NCBI GenBank assembly: GCA_023818695.1 | Contig: JAMWCF010000002.1 | Span: 64,066-128,065, forward strand | Reading direction: 5' to 3' | Length of the DNA stretch: 64,000 bases | Source of the DNA: Candidatus Omnitrophota bacterium | GTDB lineage: Bacteria; Omnitrophota; Gorgyraeia; 1-14-0-20-64-10 | Part shown: piece by piece, positions 18,573-28,311 of the stretch | Position numbering within the stretch: the first letter of the stretch is position 1 | How the letters are laid out: each line of letters starts with the position of its first letter | Notes under the pieces: generated by a model | Told to the model about the DNA's origin: nothing | What the model saw: only the letters and a program-made list of their open reading frames with translations | Database searches by the model: none | Position numbers and translations under genes: made by a program

Positions 18573-21500
18573 TTCCTCCCTCCCTGAAGCCGGGCGGCAG
18601 CCGGTCCTGCGCACAGGCGGGTTCATCGAGAAAATCATCGAGTTCTCCGCCCACAACAAGTTCCTGGTTCTGATTTTCACGGCCACCGCCATGGTTTGGG
18701 CGGTCTGGTCGATCAAAAATATCCCGCTGGACGCCATCCCGGACCTCTCGGACACGCAGGTGATCATCTACTCCCGCTGGGATCGGTCTCCGGACATCAT
18801 CGAGGACCAGGTGACCTACCCGATCGTCACCGCCATGCTGGGGGCGCCTAAGGTCAAAGCGATCCGCGGATTCTCGGACTTCGGTTTTTCCTACGTCTAT
18901 GTCATTTTTCAGGACGGCACCAACATCTACTGGGCCCGCAGCCGGACGCTCGAGTACTTGAGCAAAATCATCCCCCGCCTGCCGGAGGGGGTCAAAACGG
19001 AACTGGGCCCCGACGCCACCGGCGTGGGGTGGGTTTTCCAGTACGCCCTGGTGGACACCACGGGCCGGAACGACCTCCAGGAATTGCGCTCCTTCCAGGA
19101 TTGGACTCTGCGCTATCACCTGCAGGGTGTTCCCGGCGTCGCCGAGGTGGCTTCCCTCGGCGGGTTCGTCAAGCAGTACCAGGTGATGATCGACCCAAAC
19201 CGGTTGCTCGCCTACAAGATCCCGCTGGCCACGGTGGTCGAGGCGATCCGCCAGGGAAATCAGGAGGTGGGCGGGCGGCTTCTGGAATTCGGCGGCGCCG
19301 AATACATGGTTCGGGGCAGGGGCTACGCGAAATCAGTGGAAGACATCGAGCGGATCGTGGTCGGGACCGACCAGAAGGGAACGCCAGTCCTGGTCCGTCA
19401 CATTGGCACGGTGGCGCTGGGGCCGGATATCCGCCGGGGGCTGGCTGACCTGGACGGCCAGGGGGACGTGGTCGGCGGCACCGTGATCATGCGCTACGGG
19501 GAGAACGCCCTCAACGTGACCAACCGGGTCAAGGCCAAGCTCAAGGAGATCGAGTCCTCGCTCCCCCCGGGCGTCAGGATCGAGGTGACCTACGACCGGT
19601 CGGAGCTGATCCTCCGGGCGATCGAGAACTTGAAGGAGAAGCTGGTGGAGGAGATGATCATTGTCAGCGTCGTCATTTTGATCTTCCTCTGGCATTTCCC
19701 GTCGGCGATCATCCCGATCGTCACCATCCCGGTCTCTGTCCTGCTGGCCTTCATCCCGCTCCACGGGATGCAGATGACCTCCAATATCATGTCCCTCTCC
19801 GGCATTGCGATCTCCATCGGTGTGCTCGTGGACGGCGCCATCGTCGAGGTGGAGAATGCCTACAAGCGGCTGGAACAGTGGATCGAAGGGGGGCGCAAAG
19901 GGGATTACCACGCCATCCGGCTGAAGGCGCTGAAAGAAGTGGGTCCCTCGGTTTTCTTCTCCCTGCTGGTCATCGCGGTCGCCTTCATTCCGATCTTCAC
20001 GCTGGTGGATCAGGAGGGGCGTCTCTTCCGGCCCCTAGCTTGGGCGAAGAACCTGGCGATGGCAATCGCGGCGATCCTGGCGGTCACCCTCGACCCGGCG
20101 ATGCGGATGCTCTTCACCCGTATGGAGCCGGTCAAGCTGCGCCTGCCGTTTCTTCCTAAGAGGGCCGAGGGATGGGCCTCCAAGCTCGCCACGACCGTCG
20201 CCGTCGGCACCTACTATCCGGAGGAGAAGCACCCGGTCAGCAAGGTCCTGTTCAAGATTTACGAGCCGGCCTGCCGGTTTGTCCTGCGGCACCGGTTCGC
20301 CACGGTCGCCGCGGCCGTTCTCCTGGTGCTGACCACGGTCCCGGTCTATCTGCGGCTGGGTTCGGAGTTCATGCCGCCGCTGCGGGAAGGGACCCTCCTC
20401 TACATGCCGACCACCCTGCCGGGGATTTCCGTCACCGAGGCCCAGAACCTGCTGCAGAAACAGGATCAGATCCTGAAAAGTTTTCCGGAGGTCGAGCGGG
20501 TCTTCGGCAAATCGGGGCGGATGGAGAGCTCCACCGATCCAGCCCCCTTCTCCATGATGGAGACCGTCGTTGTCCTGAAGCCGCAGCGGCAGTGGCGAAA
20601 AGGGATGACGTATGAAGCGCTCATCGCCGAAATGGATGCGGCGCTGCAGATCCCCGGGACCACCAACGCCTGGACGATGCCGATCAAAAACCGGATCGAC
20701 ATGCTGACAACCGGCGTGCGCACCCCCATCGGGATCAAGATCCTGGGTTCCGATCTGAAGAGGATCGAGGAGATCGGCACCCATCTGGAGATAATCCTGA
20801 AAGATGTTCGGGGAACCCGCAGCATCTACGCCGAGCGGGTGGCGGGAGGGTACTTCGTTGATTTCGAGCTCAACCGGGATGCCCTGGCCCGGTACGGGCT
20901 CTCCGTCGAGGAGGTCCAGAGGGTCATCATGTCGGCCATCGGGGGAGAGAACATCACCACCACCATCGAAGGCCGGGAGCGCTATCCGGTGAACGTCCGC
21001 TACGGCCGGGAGTTGCGCGATGACCTGGAGGATTTACAGCGGGTTCTGGTCGATACCCCGTTGGGTGAACAAATCCCTCTGGTCCAACTGGCCGACATCC
21101 GGCTGGTTTCCGGGCCGTCGATGATCCGCAACGAGAACGGCCTGCTGGCCGGCTATGTCTACGTCGACATCACCGGGCGGGACATCGGCGGGTACGTGAC
21201 AGAGGCCAAGCGGATCGTGGCCAAAGAGCTCAAATTACCTGAGGGGTATAACCTGATTTGGAGCGGCCAGTACGAGAACATGATCCGGGTCCGGGAGCGC
21301 CTGAAGGTTGTTTTGCCGATGACCCTGTTCATCATCTGCCTCCTGCTCTACATGAATACGAAATCGATGGTCAAGACCGGCATCGTCCTGCTGGCGGTCC
21401 CGTTTTCCCTGGTGGGAGCGGTCTGGCTCCTGTGGGCGTTGGGCTACAACGTGTCGATCGCCGTGTGGGTCGGGATGATCGCCCTGATGGGGCTGGATGC

Positions 21501-21864
21501 CGAGACCGGCGTCTTCATGCTGCTGTTCCTGGACCTGGCTTACCATGAGGCGGTCGGGAAGGGGAGGATGTGCACACAGCAGGATCTGGAAGAGGCGATC
21601 GTCCACGGTGCCGTCAAGCGGGTGCGGCCGAAGATGATGACTGTGATGGCGGCATTCATGGGGCTTCTGCCGATCATGTGGTCGACGGGGGCCGGGGCCG
21701 ATATGATGAAGAGGGTCGCCGCCCCGATGGTCGGGGGGCTGGCGACGTCGTTTCTCCTGGAGCTCCTGATCTACCCGGTCGTTTACTTCATCTGGAAATG
21801 GCGCTTTGAGATGAAACAGGGAAAGGCGCCGTGGCTTCAAAAGCAGGTGAAAGGTATCCCCTGA
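18562..21864 (+). CDS. cusA: CusA/CzcA-family heavy-metal efflux RND transporter
   Basis: 1100 aa with the 12-TM RND architecture. Family-typical segments include FSDFGFSYVYVIF, SLSGIAISIGVLVDGAIV and GLDAETGVFML. Confidence 0.9.
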   Translation: MASDSSLPEAGRQPVLRTGGFIEKIIEFSAHNKFLVLIFTATAMVWAVWSIKNIPLDAIPDLSDTQVIIYSRWDRSPDIIEDQVTYPIVTAMLGAPKVKAIRGFSDFGFSYVYVIFQDGTNIYWARSRTLEYLSKIIPRLPEGVKTELGPDATGVGWVFQYALVDTTGRNDLQELRSFQDWTLRYHLQGVPGVAEVASLGGFVKQYQVMIDPNRLLAYKIPLATVVEAIRQGNQEVGGRLLEFGGAEYMVRGRGYAKSVEDIERIVVGTDQKGTPVLVRHIGTVALGPDIRRGLADLDGQGDVVGGTVIMRYGENALNVTNRVKAKLKEIESSLPPGVRIEVTYDRSELILRAIENLKEKLVEEMIIVSVVILIFLWHFPSAIIPIVTIPVSVLLAFIPLHGMQMTSNIMSLSGIAISIGVLVDGAIVEVENAYKRLEQWIEGGRKGDYHAIRLKALKEVGPSVFFSLLVIAVAFIPIFTLVDQEGRLFRPLAWAKNLAMAIAAILAVTLDPAMRMLFTRMEPVKLRLPFLPKRAEGWASKLATTVAVGTYYPEEKHPVSKVLFKIYEPACRFVLRHRFATVAAAVLLVLTTVPVYLRLGSEFMPPLREGTLLYMPTTLPGISVTEAQNLLQKQDQILKSFPEVERVFGKSGRMESSTDPAPFSMMETVVVLKPQRQWRKGMTYEALIAEMDAALQIPGTTNAWTMPIKNRIDMLTTGVRTPIGIKILGSDLKRIEEIGTHLEIILKDVRGTRSIYAERVAGGYFVDFELNRDALARYGLSVEEVQRVIMSAIGGENITTTIEGRERYPVNVRYGRELRDDLEDLQRVLVDTPLGEQIPLVQLADIRLVSGPSMIRNENGLLAGYVYVDITGRDIGGYVTEAKRIVAKELKLPEGYNLIWSGQYENMIRVRERLKVVLPMTLFIICLLLYMNTKSMVKTGIVLLAVPFSLVGAVWLLWALGYNVSIAVWVGMIALMGLDAETGVFMLLFLDLAYHEAVGKGRMCTQQDLEEAIVHGAVKRVRPKMMTVMAAFMGLLPIMWSTGAGADMMKRVAAPMVGGLATSFLLELLIYPVVYFIWKWRFEMKQGKAPWLQKQVKGIP

Positions 21865-21923
21865 AGGAAGCTGCCGCCATGGCGGAGCGGACGCAGCAGT
21901 GTTTCCTGGAGGATCCGCCGACC

Positions 21924-21944
21924 CCCTGCCGGTGTCCGGCAGGG
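21924..21944 (+). terminator. Stem-loop downstream of cusA (possible terminator; no clear U-tract)
   Basis: CCCTGCCGG-tgt-CCGGCAGGG, a perfect 9-bp stem 60 nt after the cusA stop. Confidence 0.3.
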
Positions 21945-21982
21945 ACATGCGTTTGTCATTGAGAGTCTTTCGAGGATAAAGG

Positions 21983-22420
21983 ATGGAGAATTTACACCCG
22001 GTGTTTGTTCATTTTCCGGTCGCGCTGCTTTTGACTTCCTGCGGGATAGAAGCGGCGGCATTGGCGCTTAAGAGAAGCGCATGGCACAGGGTTTCGATCT
22101 GGAATCTGGCGCTGGGGACGATCGGAGCCGCCGCGGCAGTAGTCACCGGCAGGATGGCGCAGGAGACGGCCAAGCACACTTTCGAGATTCACCAGGTGAT
22201 GTCGCTGCATGAAAAGCTGGGATATGTTGTCCTGGGTCTCTGTTCGGCAGTCCTGGCCTGGCGGTTGCTGCGAAAGGACCGCCTGAAAACGGCTTATCGA
22301 TGGTTGGCATGGGGGCTGCTTCTCGCCGCCTGCGGCGTGATGGTTTTCAGCGCCCACTTGGGCGGCCGCCTGGTCTATGAGTTCGGTGTGGGGGGTATCT
22401 ACGGCCGGCCGAAGTTGTAA
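21983..22420 (+). CDS. DUF2231-family membrane protein
   Basis: N-terminal HPVFVHFPVALLL motif and 4 predicted TM helices. Confidence 0.6.
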   Translation: MENLHPVFVHFPVALLLTSCGIEAAALALKRSAWHRVSIWNLALGTIGAAAAVVTGRMAQETAKHTFEIHQVMSLHEKLGYVVLGLCSAVLAWRLLRKDRLKTAYRWLAWGLLLAACGVMVFSAHLGGRLVYEFGVGGIYGRPKL

Positions 22421-22467
22421 GTTGAAGCCAGTCAGCGTAAGATAGGCATTTACACAAGGAGGTTTCC

Positions 22468-22815
22468 ATGAATAGTCAATTGATGCTGGGGGTTGTTTTC
22501 ATGTTGGCGGTTTTCTTCGCTTTTTCAGGGGTGGTTCAGGCGGAGACCATCACCGGCGAGGTGGTTGACATGACCTGTTATCTAGCCCATGGAGCCAGCG
22601 GCAGCGGCCACTCGAAGTGCGCGCGTGAATGCGTCGAGAAGGGGCTGCCTGTGGGGATCAAGTCGGCAGACGGTCTTTATCTGGCGGTCGGAACGGAGCA
22701 TCAAACCGCCAATCAGTTGCTCGCTTCACGGGCCGGCCAAACCGTGACGGCCACGGGAGAGGTCTCCGAGAAGGATGGCATTCGCCTGATCTCCATCGAG
22801 CAGATTCAAGAATAG
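22468..22815 (+). CDS. Hypothetical secreted Cys/His-containing protein
   Basis: AAGGAGG RBS, a signal peptide ending VVQA, then DMTCYLAHGASGSGHSKCARECVEKG. No family recognised. Confidence 0.5.
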   Translation: MNSQLMLGVVFMLAVFFAFSGVVQAETITGEVVDMTCYLAHGASGSGHSKCARECVEKGLPVGIKSADGLYLAVGTEHQTANQLLASRAGQTVTATGEVSEKDGIRLISIEQIQE

Positions 22816-22822
22816 AACTGCG

Positions 22823-23875
22823 TTGCAGCAGCACACGGCGGAGCATTGCCACGCCTGCGAGCCGGCTAAGCCGAAACCCTGGTGGAAACGGCAGGTCACA
22901 TGGGCCGCCGGCATCGTCATTGCGATTTTTGCCTCCGGATCCTGCTGGGAGGCGGCTCGGCCTGTTTCCGAGGGGCTGCGGTATTACCTGCACAAAGGAG
23001 GTTGGGCTATCCTGTTGGGGTTGATCCTGGGAGGGGTGATCGACCGTTACGTGCCGAAGGAGTACATTGCCCGCTGGCTCACCGGCCACCACCGCAGGAC
23101 CATTCTCGCCTCCGCGGGTCTCGGTTTTCTCGCCAGTTCGTGCAGCCACGGCTGTCTGGTGTTGAGCATCGAGCTTTATAAGAAAGGGGCCTCCGTTCCG
23201 GCCGTTATCACCTTCCTGACGGCATCCCCGTGGGCCAGCATGGCGCTGACCCTCCTGATCATTGGCTTGATGGGTTGGAAGGGACTTTTTATCGTGCTGA
23301 TGGCTCTATTGGTGGCGGTGGCGACCGGGTTTATCTTTCAGCGGCTGGAGCGCAAAGGTTTTGTCGATCCGAACCCTCACACCATTTCGGTGGGGGGGGA
23401 TTTCTCCATCTGGAAAGACCTGGCGGAACGGTTCCGCCGCCGGAAATGGACGCTCCAGTCGGCCGCGTCGGATATCAGGAGAATCGGCGCCGGAGCGGTG
23501 AATCTGGCCGATATGGTCCTGTTTTGGGTCGTTCTGGGGTTCAGTTTGAGCGCTCTTTTCGGTGCGCTGGTGCCGCCGCATTGGTGGGGCCGGTTCCTTG
23601 GGCCGACGCCACTTGGGCTTTTGGCGACCATGGGGTTCGCCGCCGTGATCGAGGTCTGCTCCGAAGGGACGGCCCCGATCGCGGTGGAGATTTACAGGAG
23701 AACCGGCGCCCTGGGCAACGCCTTCGCCTTCCTGATGGGCGGCGTCGTCACCGACGTGACGGAGCTTTCCGTCCTGTGGGGGAATCTGGGCAAAAGGGCG
23801 GTCGGCTGGCTGCTACTGGCGACTCTGCCCCAGATCTTCCTGCTGGGAATGGTCTTGAACTGGTTGAATCTGTGA
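22823..23875 (+). CDS. Predicted permease (UPF0718/ArsP-type) with N-terminal HCHAC motif
   Basis: TTG start. Multi-TM protein with SSCSHGC, and VIEVCSEGTAPIA typical of this permease family. Confidence 0.6.
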   Translation: MQQHTAEHCHACEPAKPKPWWKRQVTWAAGIVIAIFASGSCWEAARPVSEGLRYYLHKGGWAILLGLILGGVIDRYVPKEYIARWLTGHHRRTILASAGLGFLASSCSHGCLVLSIELYKKGASVPAVITFLTASPWASMALTLLIIGLMGWKGLFIVLMALLVAVATGFIFQRLERKGFVDPNPHTISVGGDFSIWKDLAERFRRRKWTLQSAASDIRRIGAGAVNLADMVLFWVVLGFSLSALFGALVPPHWWGRFLGPTPLGLLATMGFAAVIEVCSEGTAPIAVEIYRRTGALGNAFAFLMGGVVTDVTELSVLWGNLGKRAVGWLLLATLPQIFLLGMVLNWLNL

Positions 23876-23885
23876 GGAGGAAAAT

Positions 23886-24068
23886 ATGCCGGTCATTACC
23901 GTGAAGATGTTTGAGGGGCGTACGCGGCAGCAGCGTGAAGAGTTCACCAAGGTCGTCACCAAAGCGGCGGTGGATATTCTCAAAACGCCCGTGGAACATG
24001 TCTGGATCGTTTTTGAGGATCGCCCGAAGTCCCACTGGGCGATCGGTGGGAAGCTCTGCGACCAATAA
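23886..24068 (+). CDS. 4-oxalocrotonate tautomerase family protein
   Basis: 60 aa. MPVITVKMFEGRTRQQREEF...VWIVFEDRPKSHWAIGGK, with the catalytic Pro at position 2. Confidence 0.75.
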   Translation: MPVITVKMFEGRTRQQREEFTKVVTKAAVDILKTPVEHVWIVFEDRPKSHWAIGGKLCDQ

Positions 24069-24803
24069 GTGGAGAACGTCAACTACTTAACGGCGGCCAT
24101 CGCGGGACTGGTTTCGTTCCTGTCCCCCTGCGTCCTACCGCTGATCCCGGCCTATATCTCTTACATTTCAGGGACGTCGCTGCAGGAGCTTCGCGATTCA
24201 GGCGCTTCTGCCCGGATCACTTCACGGGTTTTTTTCAGAACCCTCTGGTTTGTCATCGGTTTCTCGGCTGTTTTCGTTCTGCTGGGAGCTTCGGCCACGG
24301 CGTTTGGCCGTCTCCTGCTTCAGCAGATCGCCGTGCTCCGCCAGACGGCCGGGGTGATCCTGGTGATCTTCGGCCTGCACCTGATCGGGATTTTCAAGAT
24401 TCCGTTCCTGCTGCGGGAGAAGAAGCTGGAGGTGAAAACAAGACCGGCCAGCGCCGCCGGGGCTTTCGTGGTCGGGGCGGCGTTCGGGTTCGGATGGACA
24501 CCCTGTCTGGGGCCGATTCTCGCCGGCATCCTAGCGATCGCCAGCATGCGGGAGACGGTGGGGGAGGGGATGGGGTTGCTGCTCGTCTACTCCCTGGGGC
24601 TGGGGTTTCCATTCCTGGCGACCAGTCTGGCGATATCGCAGTTCCTGCGTTTCCTGAACAGGGTGAGGTGGCTTCCGGTGGTGGTGGAGAGGCTGGGCGG
24701 GCTTCTGCTTGTTGTCGTCGGTGTCGCCATGATCACCAATTGGTTTGTGCGCTGGGCGGCTTATTTCCAGTCGATTCCGTTCTTCAGCCGGTTTAATCTG
24801 TGA
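24069..24803 (+). CDS. ccdA: Cytochrome c biogenesis / thiol-disulfide electron-transfer membrane protein CcdA (DsbD family)
   Basis: SPCVLPLIPAY and WTPCLGPILAGIL motifs; 6 TM helices. Confidence 0.8.
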   Translation: MENVNYLTAAIAGLVSFLSPCVLPLIPAYISYISGTSLQELRDSGASARITSRVFFRTLWFVIGFSAVFVLLGASATAFGRLLLQQIAVLRQTAGVILVIFGLHLIGIFKIPFLLREKKLEVKTRPASAAGAFVVGAAFGFGWTPCLGPILAGILAIASMRETVGEGMGLLLVYSLGLGFPFLATSLAISQFLRFLNRVRWLPVVVERLGGLLLVVVGVAMITNWFVRWAAYFQSIPFFSRFNL

Positions 24804-25363
24804 TCTTCAACAGAGGAGGTGTTTCGGTGAAAAGGAAATTTTCATCCGTTTTCATGTTTCTCGCCGTTTTGTTTCTGTTCGAGATTGCCGGGTTCTCCGC
24901 CGGCCTTCAGCCGGCCGATTCGGCGCAGGATGTGCAGCCGGCCGCCAGCCGGAAGACCGCCTCCGATTTCCAGCTGACCGGTCTCAACGGCGAGGCGATC
25001 GAGTTGGGATCTTTTCGGGGGAAGGTGGTTCTGCTCGATTTCTGGGCCACATGGTGTCCCCCCTGCCGGGCCGAGATTCCCCATTTCAACGAACTTTACT
25101 CGGCCTACAAGGGGCAGGGATTCGAGCTGATCGGTTTGAGCGTCGGGGAGGATCCAGAAGTCGTCAGGTCTTTTGTGGCGGCCAACGACATGCGTTACCC
25201 GGTAGCCATCAGCAATGAAAAGGTCGAGCAGGCCTATGGGGGGATCCGTGGGATCCCGACGACCTTTTTGATCGACAAGAAAGGCCGGATTGCCCAGAAA
25301 TACGTTGGTTACCATGAAAAGGCGGTTTTCGAGGGGGCTATCCGGAAGCTTTTGGCGGAATAG
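24800..25363 (+). CDS. TlpA/ResA-family thioredoxin-like thiol:disulfide oxidoreductase
   Basis: Signal/anchor sequence followed by LLDFWATWCPPCRAEIP. The start may be the internal GTG a few codons downstream. Confidence 0.85.
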   Translation: MIFNRGGVSVKRKFSSVFMFLAVLFLFEIAGFSAGLQPADSAQDVQPAASRKTASDFQLTGLNGEAIELGSFRGKVVLLDFWATWCPPCRAEIPHFNELYSAYKGQGFELIGLSVGEDPEVVRSFVAANDMRYPVAISNEKVEQAYGGIRGIPTTFLIDKKGRIAQKYVGYHEKAVFEGAIRKLLAE

Positions 25364-25394
25364 GGGGGCGCTTCTTACCATTTCCCGGTGAAAT

Positions 25395-25403
25395 TGATAT
25401 AAT
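25395..25403 (+). promoter_or_regulatory. Extended -10-like element (TGaTATAAT) upstream of gcvT
   Basis: TGATATAAT lies 12 nt before the gcvT ATG in a 52-nt spacer. This is a motif match only, and it would imply a very short leader. Confidence 0.25.
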
Positions 25404-25415
25404 AGCCGCCTCCCC

Positions 25416-26543
25416 ATGTCATCATCATCGGAAGAGATCACGCAGACGGTTGACACTTTGAAGCGCACTGCTCTGTATCCGCTTCACGTCCGCCTCCATG
25501 CCAAATTCGCTCCGTTCGGAGGATGGGAGATGCCGATCTATTACTCCTCCATCCTCCAGGAGCACCGCTGCGTTAGGACCAGGGTGGGGGTCTTCGATGT
25601 TTCCCATCTGGGGCACCTGGAACTCAACGGTCCGAAGGCGGTTGAACAGGCGAATCCCCTTGTCACGCAGGATCTGACCCGGCTGGAAGTCGGGCGAGCC
25701 GTGTACACTCCGATGCTGAATGAAAAGGGATGCATCCTGGATGAGATGATCTTTTACCGACTTGGGCCCGACCGGATCCGCCTGGTGGTCAACGCCTCCA
25801 ACGCAGACAAGATCAAGGAGTGGGTCGGCCGCCGCCTCGGTCCCGGTTGCGAATTGGCGGACTTGCGCCGGTCGGTGGGGACCCTGGCCGTCCAGGGGCC
25901 CGAAGCGGTCCCCCTGCTGGAGCGGTTGGCCGGCATCTCCCGCGCTGAAACGCCCCGGTACTCGGCGCGTCAGGTGACTGTCGCGGGCAGGCCGGTCTGG
26001 CTGGCTCGGACCGGCTATACCGGAGAGGACGGTTTCGAGATCTTTGCGGCCGTCGACGACCTAACGGTCATCTGGGAAACCCTCTTGGAAGGGGGGCGAA
26101 GCGTCGGAATCCAGCCGATCGGCCTGGGCGCCAGGGACACCCTGCGGCTGGAGGCCGGCCTGCCGTTGGGTGGGTCGGATCTGGATGAGCAAACCACCCC
26201 TCTGGAGGCCGGGTTGGAGTGGACGGTCAGATGGGACAAAGGGCCGTTCATCGGCCGGGAGGTCCTGGAACGGCAGAGGAAACAGGGGATTAAACGGCGG
26301 CTGGCCGGCTTCCGTTTGACCGAATCGGGGATTCCTCGACACGGTTATCCGATCTTCCATCAGGATCAGGAGGTGGGACAGGTCACCAGCGGGACTTTTT
26401 TGCCTGAAGGGGCGGGGGCGATTGGTTTGGGGTATCTGCCTCCGATCGCAGCCGTCCCCGGGGTCGCCATCGCCGTCCTGATCCACGGCAGGAAAGTTCC
26501 GGCCAAAGTCGCAGCGCTTCCTTTCTACAGAAGGAAAAGATAA
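25416..26543 (+). CDS. gcvT: Glycine cleavage system T protein (aminomethyltransferase)
   Basis: LKRTALYPLHVRLHAKFAPFGGWEMPIYY, VFDVSHLG and TGYTGEDGFEI. Confidence 0.9.
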   Translation: MSSSSEEITQTVDTLKRTALYPLHVRLHAKFAPFGGWEMPIYYSSILQEHRCVRTRVGVFDVSHLGHLELNGPKAVEQANPLVTQDLTRLEVGRAVYTPMLNEKGCILDEMIFYRLGPDRIRLVVNASNADKIKEWVGRRLGPGCELADLRRSVGTLAVQGPEAVPLLERLAGISRAETPRYSARQVTVAGRPVWLARTGYTGEDGFEIFAAVDDLTVIWETLLEGGRSVGIQPIGLGARDTLRLEAGLPLGGSDLDEQTTPLEAGLEWTVRWDKGPFIGREVLERQRKQGIKRRLAGFRLTESGIPRHGYPIFHQDQEVGQVTSGTFLPEGAGAIGLGYLPPIAAVPGVAIAVLIHGRKVPAKVAALPFYRRKR

Positions 26544-26577
26544 ACCACAACAAAGGGAAATTAGACAGGATTCTTCG

Positions 26578-26967
26578 ATGACAGATCTCAACCAGTTGAA
26601 ATTCACGAAAACGCACGAGTGGGTCCGTTTGGAAGGATCGAAGGCGGTCGTCGGTATCACGGAGCACGCGCAGGGGGAGATCTCCGACGTCGTGTTTGTG
26701 GAGCTGCCTAAAAAAGGCAAGCAGGTCAAACAGGCGGAGGAAGCCGCCGTCGTGGAATCGGTGAAGGCGGCTTTTTCCATTTACGCCCCCGTCTCCGGAA
26801 CGGTCGCGAAGGTCAATGAAAGTCTCGTCGCCGATCCGGGAGCGATCAACCGATCGCCCTATGAGGAGGGGTGGATCTTCTCCCTGGAGCCGGCTCACGT
26901 TCAGGAAGCGGAGACACTCATGACCAAAGAGCAGTACGACGCCTGGGTCAAGGGGGGCGGCCACTAA
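26578..26967 (+). CDS. gcvH: Glycine cleavage system H protein
   Basis: 129 aa. FTKTHEWV, and the lipoyl-lysine context VESVKAAFSIYAPVSG. Confidence 0.9.
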   Translation: MTDLNQLKFTKTHEWVRLEGSKAVVGITEHAQGEISDVVFVELPKKGKQVKQAEEAAVVESVKAAFSIYAPVSGTVAKVNESLVADPGAINRSPYEEGWIFSLEPAHVQEAETLMTKEQYDAWVKGGGH

Positions 26968-26970
26968 GCC

Positions 26971-28311
26971 ATGGAGTTTGTCCCGATCACCAAGCAGGAT
27001 CAGGAGGTGATGCTGGCGAAGATAGGGGTCTGCTCCATGGAGGAGCTCCTGAAATGCATCCCTTCCTCCGTGACCCGCGCCCGGCTTCGGCTGCCGCCGG
27101 GTCTTTCGGAACCGGAGCTGCTGCGTGTGGCCGAGCGGCTGGCTTCCAGGAACGCCACCTCGAAGAGCCATGTCTCGTTCCTCGGCGCCGGCGCGTACGA
27201 GCATTTCGTTTCAAGCGTCGTCCGGTACGTCTTTTCGCGGGGAGAATTCCTGACCGCCTACACACCCTATCAGCCGGAGGCCTCCCAGGGAACCCTGCAG
27301 GCCATGTACGAATTCCAGAGCTTGATTTGTGACCTGACGCAGATGGATGCCGCCAACGCCTCCCTCTACGAGGGGGGATCCGCCATGGCGGAGGCCTGCA
27401 TCCTGGCGCTGCGCGAGACGGAAAGGAGAAAACTGGTGGTCAGCGGCACCCTCCATCCTGAAGTCCGGCAGACGCTTTCCACCTATCTCAAACAGGTCGG
27501 CACACAGATCCAGGAGATTCCCAGGGCCGATGGGATCTCCGATATAAAGGAAGCGGGTCGCCTGATCGATTCTCAAACGGCCGCTGTGGTGGTCCAGATG
27601 CCAAACGCCTTTGGGTGTCTGGAGCCGGTCCGGGAGCTGGAAAAGGCGGCGCATGCGCGGGGGGCCCTGTTGATTGTCTCGGTCAACCCGGTTTCCCTGG
27701 GGATCCTGGAGCCGCCCGGTGCTTACGGCGCCGATATCGTCGTTGGGGAGGGGCAGCCGCTGGGGACCGATCTCCTGTATGGGGGGCCTTACCTGGGGCT
27801 GTTCGCGTGCCGTAAAGAGCTGATCCGCAAGATGCCGGGCAGGGTCATCGGTATGACCAGGGACGCGCACGGCCGTCGCGGATTCGTCCTAACGCTGCAG
27901 ACGAGGGAACAGCATATCCGACGGGCGAGAGCCACCTCCAATATCTGCACCAATGAAGCGATGATGGCGCTGGCGGCGGCGGTTCATCTCGGTTCTCTGG
28001 GCAAAGAGGGGTTCCGGGAGGTGGCTTTCCAGAACCTGCAGAAGGCCCATTACTGCCTTGACCGTCTGTCGACCGTCCGGGGGGTCCAGCCCCTGTTCAA
28101 GGCCCCTTTCTTCAATGAGTTTGCCGTTTCCCTCCCGGCTGATCCGGAGGAAGTCAACGGGCGGCTGCTGGAGAAAGGGTTTCTGGGAGGTTTGCCGCTG
28201 CGCCGATGGGATCCATCCCTTCGCAGCGGCTGGCTGCTGGCGGTTACGGAGGCTCGGTCCAGGGAGCAGATCGATCGGTTCGTGCAGGCGGTTCAGGAGA
28301 TCCTCTCATGA
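26971..28311 (+). CDS. gcvPA: Glycine dehydrogenase (decarboxylating) subunit 1
   Basis: FLGAGAYEHF, TPYQPEASQGTLQAMYEFQ and ATSNICTNEA. Confidence 0.9.
   Translation: MEFVPITKQDQEVMLAKIGVCSMEELLKCIPSSVTRARLRLPPGLSEPELLRVAERLASRNATSKSHVSFLGAGAYEHFVSSVVRYVFSRGEFLTAYTPYQPEASQGTLQAMYEFQSLICDLTQMDAANASLYEGGSAMAEACILALRETERRKLVVSGTLHPEVRQTLSTYLKQVGTQIQEIPRADGISDIKEAGRLIDSQTAAVVVQMPNAFGCLEPVRELEKAAHARGALLIVSVNPVSLGILEPPGAYGADIVVGEGQPLGTDLLYGGPYLGLFACRKELIRKMPGRVIGMTRDAHGRRGFVLTLQTREQHIRRARATSNICTNEAMMALAAAVHLGSLGKEGFREVAFQNLQKAHYCLDRLSTVRGVQPLFKAPFFNEFAVSLPADPEEVNGRLLEKGFLGGLPLRRWDPSLRSGWLLAVTEARSREQIDRFVQAVQEILS

Noticed and set aside
25364-25415. Looked for a glycine riboswitch upstream of gcvT.
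   Set aside because: The spacer is only 52 nt, far too short for the tandem glycine aptamer of about 100-200 nt, and no conserved aptamer core was seen.
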